64,000 bases of DNA from assembly GCF_009914755.1 (NCBI RefSeq), contig NC_060931.1; one strand, 5' to 3'. Source of the DNA: the human T2T-CHM13v2.0 reference genome, Homo sapiens. The position numbers were made by a program, and so were the translations under genes. This document shows positions 29,085 through 42,460 of this stretch, one piece after another (positions within the stretch are counted from its first letter, which is position 1; every line of letters begins with the position of its first letter). The notes under the pieces were generated by a model. The model made no database searches. It was not told where the DNA came from and saw only the letters and a program-made list of their open reading frames with translations.

Positions 29085-31056
29085 TTCTATTGCACTGTTC
29101 TATTGTTTTATTGTTTTCCCCCAAATGGGACAATTCTCAAAAAGCACAACAGAGGGTATGCCTGTATAGTGTATGAAGCTGGGGTAAGTTTAGATTATTT
29201 TCTTAGGAGAGAAGCAGGATTTAACAAGATGATAGCTGGCCAAAGTAATAAATTTAGCCCATCCTTCCATCAACGAATCTTTTTTTTTTCTTTCTTATCA
29301 CACACAACAGATAACATCTGAATTGACAAACATGCAGCTATATACTGATTACATAGTCTATGTAATTAACCTTTCCATCATGCCTGATGAATTATAATCC
29401 ATGATTGTATTTAATCAGAATCATGGAACATGTAACCGTAAGACTCATCAGAGCTGTATGACACAGCTCCTTATTCTGAGCACGTCACAAAATGTCTCAT
29501 ATAACAGAATAAATTTTTGAATCACAGTTTAATGAACCCCATCCAGTGCTTTTAAAAACCATCAAACAACCAAACCCTTAAGGCTGAATTCTTGTCATTA
29601 GAGAGTTTCAATTATTTGCACCATATCTAGAGTGGTTTAAGGAGTTAGAATAGTGGTGGAGAGGAAGAGAAGAGAACAATCAAAAGTCTAGAGGAACCCG
29701 AGGAATATGGGGTCAGCTTATTTTTTAAAAACTCATATTTAATGATGTCTTTCCTTGAAAAGTATTCCTCCCATACCCCTATTTCAGAAAATGGAGAAAT
29801 AAGCAATTGGAGATACATGTAGTACCTGAGGATGGAGAAGAGTAGAGAGGATGAAGAAGAGAAGGACAAATTTAGGGCTGACTCCTAATGGATGACCTTG
29901 TGTGTACTTTCTCCACTCCTGCCCTTAGTCTACACAAAGGACTAGCAGAATGGCACCTGGAAGGACTGGGAGCAAAGAGTTACCTAGGGAGAAGCTTTGG
30001 CTTTGAAATGTAGATCAGATCTGAGGCACAGTGAATGGGAAAAAACACAAATACATCTTGACGTGTATCATATCCTCTCATTCTTTTTTCCTCTCATCCC
30101 TATCTTCATAATGTTAGTTTAACAATAAAACCTTTTTCCTAAAATTGGTTGTTTTATTTTAAGAATAAATGGCAACAGATATCCTCCCCCCCACCGAAGA
30201 TGTAGGATCTGGATTTACAAAACTAACAGAAATGATTAAAAGAGAAGTAAAATATCAAAGATTAAAGTCTTCAGTGTGAAAATTATGAAAATGTGTCAAT
30301 GTTCTACCCTAAACATTAATAGCTAGGTCTTAATAATAAGAGCAAACACCTATCAAGTACTTGATGTACTAGGCATACTTTTAATTTACATGAATTAATT
30401 TATATAAATTTCACTACAACTCAAGAGGTAGGACCTATTGTTATCTCGAGTTTACATATGTGGAAATTGAAGCCCAAAGAGGGAAGTAAACCCATACAAG
30501 GTTGAGTTCGGGTTACATTCTCAGACATTTAATTTCTATAGTCCATATTATTAATCACAATATCACCTATGCATAAAAACAATTTAATCCAATTGGCGGA
30601 AGGGAGAGGAAGTAAGAACTTGCATTTCTGGGAAGAGTTACCAAGTATTGCAGGCAGTTAGGTGGAGGAATCTCTGGAAAATTCCATTAATATTCCCCGA
30701 TTAGAAGCATGTAAAAAACTGGACTTGCCAGGGAAAATGTAAAAAAAAGTTTCCCAATTCCTGAGATAAGCAGGACTGAAGGCTGAGGTGGGAAAGCTCC
30801 AACTTTGCAATAGATAAAATAGGAAAACACAGGAAATAATCTAGGAATGACTACTTTGGTCAGCACTAGCAGTGGTAAACAAGGAGATCTGAATAGAAGA
30901 AAATAATCACCTCATCAGAAGACAGTGGTGACCTGTAAACTGATCCTGATGTAAGAGTTTAAACAAAACGAGAAAAAGAATAGAGACAAAGTTCCCCAGT
31001 ACTGGCTTCCAGAGCTTTTGGATCTTTCTCATTCCCTCAGCAGGGGAATGAATAAC

Positions 31057-33596
31057 TGATATAGTTTGGAAGTTTGTCTCCTCCAAATCTCATGTTGAAA
31101 TGTAATCCCCAATGTTTCAGGTGGGGCCTGGTGGGAGGTATAATATTTAGGTTATGGGATAGGTCACTCATGAATGGCAGCAGCACTATCCCCTTGGTGA
31201 TGAGTGAGTTCTCACTCTGGCAGTTCATGCAAGATCTGGTAGTTTAAAAAGCATGGCACCTCCCCCATTCTCTCTTGCTCCCTCTCTCATCGTGTGACAT
31301 TGCCTTCTCTCCCTTCATCTTCTGCCATGATTGTAAGCTTCCTGATGTCCTCACCAGAAGCTAATGCTGGAGCCATGTTTGTATAGCCTGAAGAACCATC
31401 AGCAAATTAAACCTCTTTTCTTAAAAAGTTACCCAGTCTCAGGTATTACTTTATAGTAACGCAAAAATAACCTAACAAAGAAAATTGGAGTGGGATGTTG
31501 CTATAAAGATACCTGAATATGTGAAAACAGCTTTGGAACTGGATAATGGGCAAAAGTTGGAAGTGTTTGGAGGGCTCAGAAGAAGAAAGGAAGATGAGGG
31601 AAAATGTGGAACTTTTTAGAGACTAGTTAAATGGTTGTGACCAAAATACTGATAGAAATATGGACAGTAATGGGGTCAGGGGTGATACTGGGGGGGGGAC
31701 AGGACACAGGAGGCTGTCTCAAGAAATATGGAGAGTAAACGACAGGCTGATGAGGTCTCAGATGGAAGTGAGGACTTTATTGGAAACTGGAGTAAAAGTC
31801 ACCTATGTTATGCTCTAGCAAAAAAACTTCGCTGCATTACATCCATGCTCTAGGAATCTGTGGAAATTTGAACTTAAGACTGATGACTTAGGGCATATTG
31901 TGGAGGAAATTTTTAAGCTGCAAAGTGTTCAAGATGTGGTGTGGCTGCTTCTATCAGTCTACATCAGATGCTGTAGCAAAGAAATGACTTAAAAATTGGA
32001 ACTTATATTTAGAAGGAAAACAGAGCATACAAGTTTGAAAAATTTGCAGCGTAGCCATGTGGCAGCCTAGCCGTGTGGCAGGAGAGTAATCCAAGTAGGC
32101 TTTGGAGAAACCACTTGCTAGAGATATTATCATGATTAAAAGGGAGCCAAGTGTTAATATCCAAGAGAATGGGGGAAAAGCCCCAAATGTATTTCAGAGA
32201 TTTTGGAGACAGCCCCTCCTCTAACAGGCCCAGAGGCCTAGAAGGAAAGAATAGTTTTTTGGGCCAGGCCTGGGGCACTACTGCCTTGCTCAGCTTCAGA
32301 ACACAGCTCTCCACATTCTGGCCACTCTGATTCCAGCCTCGGCTCAAAGGGGCCTAGATACAGCTTAGGTCGCTGCTCTGCAGGACACAAGCCTTAAGCC
32401 TTGGCAGCTGCCACATTTTGTTAAGCCTGCAGGCACCCAGAATGCAAGAGTGAAGGAGGTTGTGCAGCTTCCACCTAGGTATCAGAGTATGTAGTGGAAA
32501 GCCTGGGTGCCCAGGCAGAAGCCTGCCACAGCGGCAGAGTCCCCACAGAGAAACTTTACTAGGCCAGTGCCAAAGGAAAACATGGTGTTGGAGCTCCTAC
32601 ACAGAGTTTCTATCAGGGCACTGCCTGGTGGAGCTGTGGGAAGGAGGCTGCTGTCCTCCAGACCTCATAATGATAGACCCACAGGCAGCTTGCATCTTGA
32701 ATCTGGGAGAGATGTAGGCACTTGACTCCAACCCATCAGAGTAGCCATGGGGCCTGCACTCTGCAAAGCCACAGGGGTGGAGCTGCTCAAAGCCTTGGGA
32801 GACCACCCCTTGCACCAGTGTGTCCTGGATGCAGGACATGGAGTCAAAAGAGATTATTTTGGAGCTTTAATATTTAGTGACTTCCCTGTTGGGTTTCAGG
32901 CTTGCCCGGGGCTTATTGCCCCCTTCTTTTGGCTGATGTTTTGGAATGGTAATGTTTACCCAATGCCTGTAGCACCATTGTATCATGAAAATAAGTAACT
33001 TGATTTGTATCTCACAGGCTCATAGGTGGAAGGAACTCATCTCCAGATGAGACTTTGGACTTTAGGATCTTTGAGTTAAGGCTGGAATGAGTTAAGACTA
33101 TTATGAAGGCACGATTGTATTTTGAAATGTGAGAAGGACATGAGAATTGGGGGGCCAGGGGCAGAATTTTATGGTTGCAATGTTTGTCCCCTTTAAATCT
33201 CATGTTGAAATGTGATTCCCAATGTTGAAGATGGGGCCTGGTGGGAGGTGATTAGCTCATGGGGGCAGATTCCTCATGCATAGCTTGGCACCATCCCCTT
33301 AGTGATAGATGAGTTCTCACTCTGGTAGTTCACGGGAAATCTGGTTGTTTAAGAGAGTCTGGGACCAACTCTTTCACTTTATCTTTCTTCCTCTCTTGCC
33401 ATGTGATATACTTACTACTCCCCCTTTACCTTCTGTCATGATTGTAAACTTACTGAGGCCTAACCAGAGTCAGATGTCAGCACTATGCCTCATGCACAGC
33501 CTGCAAAACCATGAGCCAACTAAACCTTTTTCTCTTCTTAAATTTTACCCAGTCTCAGGCATTTCTTTATAGCAATGCAAAAAGTGGTCTAATACA
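31057..33596 (+). mobile_element. Full LTR-internal-LTR MaLR element (MSTA/MSTB-like)
   Basis: 5' LTR 31057-31479, internal region starting gaaaattgg, 3' LTR ~33167-33596 ending ctaataca. TSD ataac/gtaac. Confidence 0.92.
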
Positions 33597-33714
33597 GTAA
33601 CCATTAGCGCATTTTCTAGGAAAGGCATTGAATAGTACCCAGGTAAATATTAAATTAATGAGAATGTACTGGCATGATTTCTAAATTATTTTGTTTTTGT
33701 TTTTATTTTGTTTT

Positions 33715-34910
33715 CTTTTAAAAATTCTTCTGAAATATACATATAGAAAATTGCATAAATCGAAAGAACAAAAAGATCAACAAACTACCACACAGTGAAA
33801 ATTCCCACATAACCATTGCATGTGTCTAGAAATAAAACATTAATGGTACCACAGAAGTGCTTCTTATACTCTCTCTTGATTTCTAACACCATGTATTAGT
33901 TTGGCCCATTTTTGGATTTTATATAAATGGGACATGAAGTGTTTATTCTTTTGTGACTTGCTTCTTCCACTCAACATTGTGAGGTTCATCCCTGTTGTTG
34001 CATGTAGCACTAATTCATTCATTGTCATTGCTATATATTGGTTGTGGTAGATTGCTATAATAACGCCTCCCAATATATCATGCCCTTTTGTGTACACACC
34101 CCTTTGCAATGTGATGTTGCTTCTCTTGCTATCAAAATATGGAGTCTATTTCTTCATCATCTTGAATCTAAGCTGGCCTTATGATTTCTTTAACATTGAT
34201 TGTGATAGAAATGATACTATGCAAAAAAGAAAAAAAAAAGAAAAGAAATCATACTATGCAAGTTCTACAGCTCAGCACTAAAATCCCTTGCAATTTTGTC
34301 TCTTGTTCTCTTAGACCATTTGACCATAATGCTGTGAAAAAGCCCAACCTAATCTACTCAATATGAAAGTCTCTGCAGAAAGAAGAATGGAGGTACTCTG
34401 GTGACAGCTAGTACCATGTTCCAAAGGCCATCTTCAGCCTGCAGATTCAGGGAAGACATCAGATGATGGTAGCCACATGAGTGAGTTCAGACAAGAACAG
34501 CAGAAGAAAGTTCTAACCAACTCACAGAATTTTAGAAAATAGATTGGCATTTTAAGCCATCAAGTTTTACAGTAGTTGTTATGCGACCATAGATAACTGA
34601 AAATATACATGCAAATATAATTTATTTATCCATTTACTACATTTGGGCTGTTTCCAGTTCTGGGCTATTACAAATAGTTCTACTATCATCTTTAGGACAC
34701 ATATGTGTGCATTTCTGTTAGATATATATCTAGAAGAGGAATTGCAAGGTCAGTATTAATAAATATTGGTAAAGGGTTATATTTCCATAGGTAATATAAT
34801 AGAGACTAGTTGCTCCACGCCCTTCCTAATCCTTGGTAATGTCTGTTATTTTCATTTGAATCATTCTGGCATGTCGGTACTATTATCTCAGTGTAGATTT
34901 GACTTACCAT
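33715..34910 (-). mobile_element. Old L1M 3' fragment containing a + strand MLT1 LTR (~34043-34602)
   Basis: Antisense L1 motifs flank tgtggtagattg...ttttaagccatcaagtttt...agataactgaaa. Confidence 0.7.
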
Positions 34911-35489
34911 ATTTTCATTTTTGTGTAAAGGTACCTTAAAAATGAACGTAAATATGCAGAGATCCCAAAATACTTCACCCATATGTTTTCTCTAAGAAGC
35001 TTACCTGAAGAAGGAATCATTCATGCATGTGTGCAGACACCTACAAACACACATGCACACATACAAAGCAATATTCTGTTTTGTTTAATGATCCACACAT
35101 TGTATTCACTTTTGCTCAATATTGATATTTCTCTGTTCTCTTTTTATTTGTATATTTCTGGTTGTCCTTTGTCTACCCTTTTATTTTCAACCTATGAATT
35201 ACATTGTTTTAGATGTCATCTCGTATGCAGTATATGAATATGAGAGCATTATTTATCAAAACTTATGGGATTTTAGGAAAGATATACTCAGAGGACATAT
35301 TTATAACTTTAGGTACTTTCAATATATAAAAAAGAAATAAAAACAATAAATGAAGCACTCCTTTGAGAGGTTATAAAAAGAACAAAATAAATCTAAGAAA
35401 GCAGAAGTAAACAGTCAAAGATAAATGCAGAAGTCAATGAATTAAACTAAGGAAAGTAGGAGAAAGTATTAAGTTAAAAGAGAATTGAC

Positions 35490-36365
35490 TTTTCAGGGAA
35501 ATCCAAATTAAAACAATGAGGTACCATCTCATGCCTGTTAGAATGACTATTATCAAAAAGTCACAAGATAATAAGTGTTTCCCAAGATGTGGAGAAAACA
35601 GAACTCTTGCACACGGTTTAAGGGGATGTAAATTGGTACAGCCAGCATGGAAAAGAATATAGAGTTTCCTCAAAAAAGTAATAATAGGGCTACCATATGA
35701 TCCAGCAACCCCACTTTTGGGTATATATCCAAAGGAAATGAAATAAGTGTGTTGAAAATTATCCATAATCTCATATTCATTGCAGCATTATTCACAAGAG
35801 CCAAGATATAGAATCGACCTAAGCATCCATCAGCGAATGACTAGATAAAGAACATGTATAGATACACATTGAAATACTATACTGCTTACAAAGAAAGAAA
35901 TCCTGTCATTGACGACAACATAAATGAACCTGGAGGACACTATGTTAAGTGAAATAAGTCACACAGAGAAAGACAGATTCTGCATGATCTTACTTATATG
36001 TGGAATCTAATAAAGTTGATCTCATAGAAGTAGAAAATAGAATGGTGGTTGCCAGCGGTTGGCTGATAGAACGAAGAGGAATGGGGGAAATGTTGGTCAA
36101 AAGATACAAAATTTTAGTTAGAGAAGAGGAAAAAGTTCAAAAGATCTATTGCACAACATGGTGACTATAACAATATATTCTTGAAAATTGTTACAAGTAG
36201 ATTTTAAATGTTCTTGCCACAAAAATAACTATGTGAGGTAATGCAGATGTTAGATGAAGAATAGCTCAATTAAGCTACTTCATAATGTTTATATATTTCA
36301 AAACATTATGTTGTACATGATAAATGTGCAAAATTGTATTTGTCAATTTAAAATAAAATGTTTAA
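35490..36365 (+). mobile_element. L1MA 3' fragment inside an older L1 ORF2 remnant (~35240-37115)
   Basis: Contains cagggaaatccaaattaaaacaatgaggtaccatctc...ataactatgtgaggtaatg...gtcaatttaaaataaa. Confidence 0.85.
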
Positions 36366-37499
36366 AAAGAAATTTATGAAGGAGGGTTGTTAAACAAAAA
36401 AGGTAGATTGATAAAAAGTAAAATTCTAGTTACAGATTTGGTCTAAAAAACTTAAAATTATAAATAAGCAATTAGCTAGATTAAACAACAGTAGAAGAAA
36501 AAAAGTCCCATAATTAGACAAACGTAGCAATAAGTAAAAACAAAGTAACCATAGATAATGAGGAAATTAGGTATATAAGATTAATTTTTCAATAGTATAA
36601 CTTTGAATATATTAGTGAAATATACAAAGAAATGAAAAAATAAAAATAGCAAGATTGGTTCAAGAAAAGATAGAAATGACAAATATATTAATAAATATAA
36701 ACAATTGGGAAAATTGTCCAAAACTGTACCTTAGAAACTCTGGACTGAGATAATTTTATGAATGATCCATTTTAAATTTTTAATAAGAAATAACTCAGAT
36801 ATTATTTAAACGTTTTGAAAGCATCGAAGAATAAGAAAACCTTCTGACCTGTTTTGAAAAACCATCTTAATATTGCTACTTATGCTTGAATGTGATCATG
36901 CAAAAAAGAAAGCTACTGCCCAATTTCAATCTCACATGGCAATATTGTTGTAAAAAAATTTGTTATAAAAAATTTTAGGATATTATCAAACAAAATGCAT
37001 ATTAGAATATATACTAGTATATATTCTAATATAAATATTTTATATTAGTATTAACAATAGACCCCTAGTGGTATTTTCTTTAAAATCAGGGAAAAGACAA
37101 GAAGGAATTCAGTGTACTAATACTAAACAGCCTAAATCCTCAGGGAATAAAGATCTAGAAGGAGCACAATATCCATATTTAGAGAAGGGAAAGAGAGACC
37201 TTGGGAGCTATTTGGGGCCAGATGAGCATTTAGGAACAGTTTTTGAAAAGTGACTAGGCAAAAATTTGCCCAGGACCCTTTCAAACTCAGCAATCCCTTG
37301 TAATCCAGAATGATTAAAGGTGCTGCATCTCTTTGATTTCCAACAGGTAACTCTCTAAATTCCTTAGCTCACAATAATCACAGCCTGAAACTCCACTACC
37401 TAGAGATCTTTTGAAGTTAAGCATTTATGCATATACCTTGGTGGTGCAAGGTGACTCTTTTACTAGATTATCATATCACTGACACATTAAGGGGGGACA

Positions 37500-37730
37500 A
37501 TAGTAGCTAGTGTTTACTGAGTGCTTAACTATGTGCCAGGCACTGTTCTAATATCTCATATGTATGATCCCATTTAATCCTCACAATAACCATATTACAT
37601 ATGTGGAAACAGGTATAGCAGTGTGACACAACTTACCCAACATCACAAGCTAGTAAGTGGTAGAGCTGAGATTAAAATCCAGCAGCTAAGTGCAAGAGCT
37701 GCTGCTCTGGACTACTATGCCACATTATCC
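37500..37730. mobile_element. MIR SINE
   Basis: Contains tttactgagtgcttaactatgtgccaggcactgttcta...catttaatcctcacaataacc...agctagtaagtggtagagctg. Confidence 0.8.
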
Positions 37731-39705
37731 TGTTCTCAGAGTGCAGAAGTCCTGTGTAGGGGGCTTTCCAACATTCCAACTACATTTATTCAAAAAACAT
37801 TTACTGAGAGCTACCTGCTTGCAAAGCACCATGAAGCCTCTGTAGTTGATAAACACATAAACATGACACTTTTCTTGACCTTGGGAAACTTATTCTCCAT
37901 TAAAGGAGATGAATATGGGAATAACAAATGACCCTTCAAGGCTGGATATAGGGTACTTGGTTGTGGTTGTGGGTGGGTCAGGGCTCTTCAGCTTACATTT
38001 TGTGGCAGAGAATCTTCTTTGGAGAATCCATGCTTTTGGGATTCCTCATTTTACCTATTAGAGCACAAATCTATGCTTATTTTCTCTGTTGTGTATGGTG
38101 AGTTCTGTACTTTTGTTTTGAACATATGTCATGAAAAGACAAAGATTTTTTTCCCAGGTATTTTATTACTCAAGTTTCAAAAACATTACAGAAAATAAAC
38201 AATAAAGAAATATGACTAAGTAACACAGGACTTCCAAACTTTTCCCTCTTAGGGAATGAAATAAATAATATCATCCTAAAGATAAAGACCTTAATTTATT
38301 CTCTAACTTGGATAACCCACTGGGAAAAACCTTGATATTCATAGATAGAAGGGTGAGAGAAACCAGTCCTGCTAGAACTGCTCTTTCAGTTGTCAGCACA
38401 TTTTAATGAAGTGCCAGTCTTTTCATGCCAAATTCTGAAGGAAATCTCTGGGTACCAAATGATGAAATGATTTCATTCCCAAATGGCATCTAAAGTAAAA
38501 TAAATCCTCTCGCATTTTGCAGAGCACGGCACTCTACAAGTTCAAAAGGTAAAACATACTTGCAGTATGTATAAACTGTGGAGTACATTTGAAAATAAAA
38601 TTTTTAATTATGTTGGACATTTCAGGCCCAGCGCTGTCATCCTGAAGAAAAGTAACATCTGTTTTGACATCTCCAGTGGTAGAGACTTTAAATCAGTTTC
38701 CACATTGCTTATCTGCTGGCTAATCAGAATGGATGCAGTATTCTTACCAACTCATTGACAGGGAAAAAAGAAAAGATATGCAGAGAAATAGGGTAAACTA
38801 AAACTGATATGATGAATTTAAATGAAAAATGTAATGGCCTTTGCATATATTATATCTAAACTTTCATTCAATGTAAAATTTGATAATTTCATTTAATTCC
38901 TAACTGTACAGAGATTTATTTTTCTTTCCTCTTCCTGATGTATACCTTTGCTTCCACTTAAATATAATAAAACATTAAAGCATATTTTACTTCTCAAACT
39001 ATTTAGTTTCATCTTAAACTCAAGGTTTGAATTGGAGAAAATTGATTTGTTATTTTCAATAAGATGTGCTATAAAAATGCAGGATTTCAAACTGCAGGTA
39101 TTAGAAAAACATCATGTCATATTGTTTCTTTAGTGGTTATATAGTCTTAACATCTCTTGACTTATTACAAACATTAGATTTAAAAGCATAGTCAATAAAA
39201 ACTGCTCCCTACAGGAATTGTAACTTCCATGTCTTCCGTGTTTTTGAAACTTTCTTAAAGCTATACCAACTTAGTTTTAGGTATCTCTTATAAAGAAAAA
39301 AAAAATATTTCCACTTGAATAAGTCAGGACTTCCCTCAAAACTTTACCTGGATTATTTGGGTAGTAAGTGGGTTACCTCTGTTCTCTTTCTTTCTTTTTG
39401 TATATGTAGGCATAAACTTCATATTGCTACTTAAGCACTGACCTATTCATTGTAAACTGGTTGAGTTACAAAAAATTACATATAAAGTTTTCAGTCCAGT
39501 GGACCAACTCAGTTAAGCCATTTTGTTAGTATAGATGTTAGTATATATGCAGCCTGAGTTAATAGAGAAGCTGGGAGAAGCTTACAGTGGTCTTTATTGT
39601 TAAATATATGGGAGGACAATCCTTCAACCAGATTAATACTATGAAGGACTTGTGTGTTCTTCAAAGAAAATGGCAGAATTTAAACAAAGGAACCTAAAAG
39701 TGATC

Positions 39706-40177
39706 TTTCATGCGCGTCCGTGTGAAGAGACCACCAAACAGGCTTTGTGTGAGCAACATGGCTGTTTATTTCACCTGGGTGCAGGCGGGCTGAGTCTGAA
39801 AAGAGAGTCAGCGAAGGGAGATAGGGGTGGGGCCATTTTATAGGATTTGGGAAGGTAATGGAAAATTACAGTCAAAGGGGCTTGTTCTCTGGTGGGCAGG
39901 GGTGGAGCTCACAAAGTACATTCTCAAGGGTGGGGAGAATTATAAAGAACCTTCTTAAGGGTGGGGGAGACTACAAAGTAACTTCTTAAGGGTGGGGGAG
40001 ATTACAAAGTACATTGATCAGTTAGGGTGGGGTAGGAACAAATCACAATGGTGGAATGTCATCAGTTAAGGCTGTTTTTACTTCTTTTGTGGATCTTCAG
40101 TTACTTCAGGCCATCTGGATGTATACATGCAAGTCACAGGGGATGCGATGGCCTGGCCTGGGCTCAGAGGCCTGACA
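39706..40177 (-). mobile_element. HERV-H 3' LTR (LTR7Y-like)
   Basis: Minus strand reads TGTCAGGCCTCTGAGCCCAGGCCAGGCC...GGACGCGCATGAAA. AATAAA at 39765-39770. PPT adjacent at 40178-40190. Confidence 0.95.
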
Positions 40178-41282
40178 TTCCTGCCTTCTTATATTAATAA
40201 GACAAATAAAACAAAATAGTGTTGAAGTGTTGGAGCGGCGAAAATTTTTGGGGGGTGGTATGGAGAGAGAATGGGCGATGTTTCTCAGGGCTGCTTCAAG
40301 CGGGATTAGGGGCGGCGTGGGAACCTAAAGTGGGAGAGATTAAGCTGAAGGAAGATTTTGTGGTAAGGGGTGATATTGTGGGGTTGTTAGAAGAAACATT
40401 TGTTGTGTAGAATTATTGGTGATGGCCTGGATACGGTTTTGTATGAATTGAAAAACTAAATGGAATAAGAGAAGGAGAAAAACAGGTATAAAAGGTCTAA
40501 GAATTGGGATGACTCAGGACATCTGATTAGAGAGTGCCTAAGGAGATTCAGCATAGCCCTGCCAGCAATGATTATTTATTTACTTCAGGAGTTAAGAATG
40601 GCAGTTTGAGGATAGCACGAGGCAAGCGTGATCAGGGTGAGGAACAGGAAAGAAAGAAATATGGGGAAATGGGGTGAATATCAGGTGGATCAGAGAGATA
40701 CAGTCATGGGGGTCAGGTGTGGTATCAGGAATAATGTGGGAGGCCAGATTGAAGTCCGGGCCAGGAACAATGGTAATTGTGGGACTTAAAGAGTGAGTAC
40801 AGCTGAAGAAGCTGGGGAGCATAAAGTATATGCATCAGGTATGAGGAAGAAAATAGATTTTGGAAGTTATGAGAAATGTAGAGAGTGAGTTGAGCATAGT
40901 TTGTGATTTTTAGGGCCTCTAACAGTATTAAAGCAGCGGCAGCCACTGCACGCAGACATGAGGGCTAGGCTAAAACAGTAAGGTCAAGTTGTTTGGACAG
41001 AAAGGCTACACGGTGTGGTCCTGGCTCTTGTGTAAGAATTCTGACCACACTAACCATGCCTAGGAAGGAAAGGAGTTGTTCTTTTGTAAGGGATTGAGGT
41101 TTGGGAGATTAATCAGACACGATCAGCAGGGAGAGCATGTGTGTTTTTATGCGAATTATGCCGAGATAGGTAACAGATGAGGATGAAATTTGGGCTTGAC
41201 TGAAGTAATGGGAGCTGTCTGTGAAGACTTGTGGCAGTACAGCCCAGGTAATTTGCTGAGCCTAATGGGTGTCAGGGTCAGT

Positions 41283-41675
41283 CTAAGTGAAGGCAAAGAG
41301 AGGCTGGGATGAAGGGTGCAAAGGAATAGTAAAGAAAGCATGTTTGAGATCCAGAACAGAATAATGGGTAGTAGAGGGAGGTATTGAGGATAGGAGAGTA
41401 TATGGGTTTGGCACCACGGGGTGGATAGGCAAAACAATTTGGTTGATAAGGCGCAGATTCTGAACTAACTTGTAAGCCTTGTCTGGTTTTAGGACAGGTA
41501 AAATGGGGGAATGGTAAGGAGAGTTTATAGGTTTTAGAAGCCCGTGCTGTAGCAGGCGAGTGATCACAGGCTTTAATCCTTTTAAAGCGTGCTGTGGGAT
41601 AGGATATTGGCGTTGAGCGGGGTAAGGGTGATTAGGTTTTAATGAGATGGTAAGGGGTGCATGATCAGTCGCCAA
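41283..41675 (-). pseudogene. HERV-H pol, reverse-transcriptase N-terminal remnant
   Basis: QYPIP...SPYHSPILPVLKP...LVQNLRLIN...YSVLDLKHAFFTIPLHPSSQPLFAFT. No YXDD segment follows. Confidence 0.92.
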
Positions 41676-41693
41676 GGAGGGAGTAGAGGTCTC

Positions 41694-42053
41694 TTATACT
41701 TGTGGGTTAAGGTGGGGGAATACAAGAGGAGGATGCAAAGGAGGCTTTGGATTGGGAGGAAGGGCAGCAATGAGATGCAGCTGTAGTCCAGGAATAGTCA
41801 GGGAAGCAGATAATTTGGTTAAAATATCTTGGCCTAATAAGGGAACTGGGCAGGTGGGGATAACTAAAAAAGAGTGCATAAAAGAGTATTGTCTAAGTTG
41901 GCACCAGAGTTGGGGAGTTTTAAGAGGTTTAGAAGCCTGGCTGTCAATACCCACAACAGTTATGGAGGCAAGGGAAACAGGCCCTTGAAAAGAAGGTAAT
42001 ATGGAGTGGGTAGACTCCGTATTGATTAAGAAGGGGACGGGCTTACCTTCCAC
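41694..42053 (-). pseudogene. HERV-H protease remnant
   Basis: FLINTESTHS replaces the DTGA catalytic motif; the CPVPLLGQDIL motif is present. Confidence 0.9.
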
Positions 42054-42133
42054 TGTGAGAGTTACCGGAAGCTCGGCGTCCGTGATGGTCTACGGCGCTT
42101 CCAAGGCGATCGGGCAGCATCAGTCTTCAGCCG

Positions 42134-42460
42134 CTAAGCCGAGAAGGAGTCAGTCAGAGAACATTGGGCCAGAGTTCCAGGGGCTCTGGGAGTGGCTGCC
42201 AGGTGAGTTGAACAGTCCAATTTCCAGTGGGGTCCCGCACAGATGGGACACAGCTTAGGAGGAATCCTGGGCTGCAGGCATTCCTTGGACTGGTGGTCAG
42301 ATTTCTGGCACTTGTAGCAAGCTCCTGGGGGAGGAGGTTCTGGAGGAACGCCTGGCCGCTGCGGTTCAGGCGTTTGGAAGTTCTTGTGTGCTGGAGATGT
42401 GGCTGGGGTTTGTCTCACAGTGGAGGCAAGGAATTGCAACTTTTTTCTATTATTGTACAC
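42134..42460 (-). pseudogene. HERV-H gag nucleocapsid remnant with two zinc knuckles
   Basis: CYKCQKSDHQSKEC (CX2CX4HX4C) and CPICAGPHWKLDC. Confidence 0.9.

Noticed and set aside
32009-33572. Overlapping ORFs in the MST internal regions (also 46461-48338)
   Set aside because: Short fragments of decayed MaLR internal sequence with no continuous frame.
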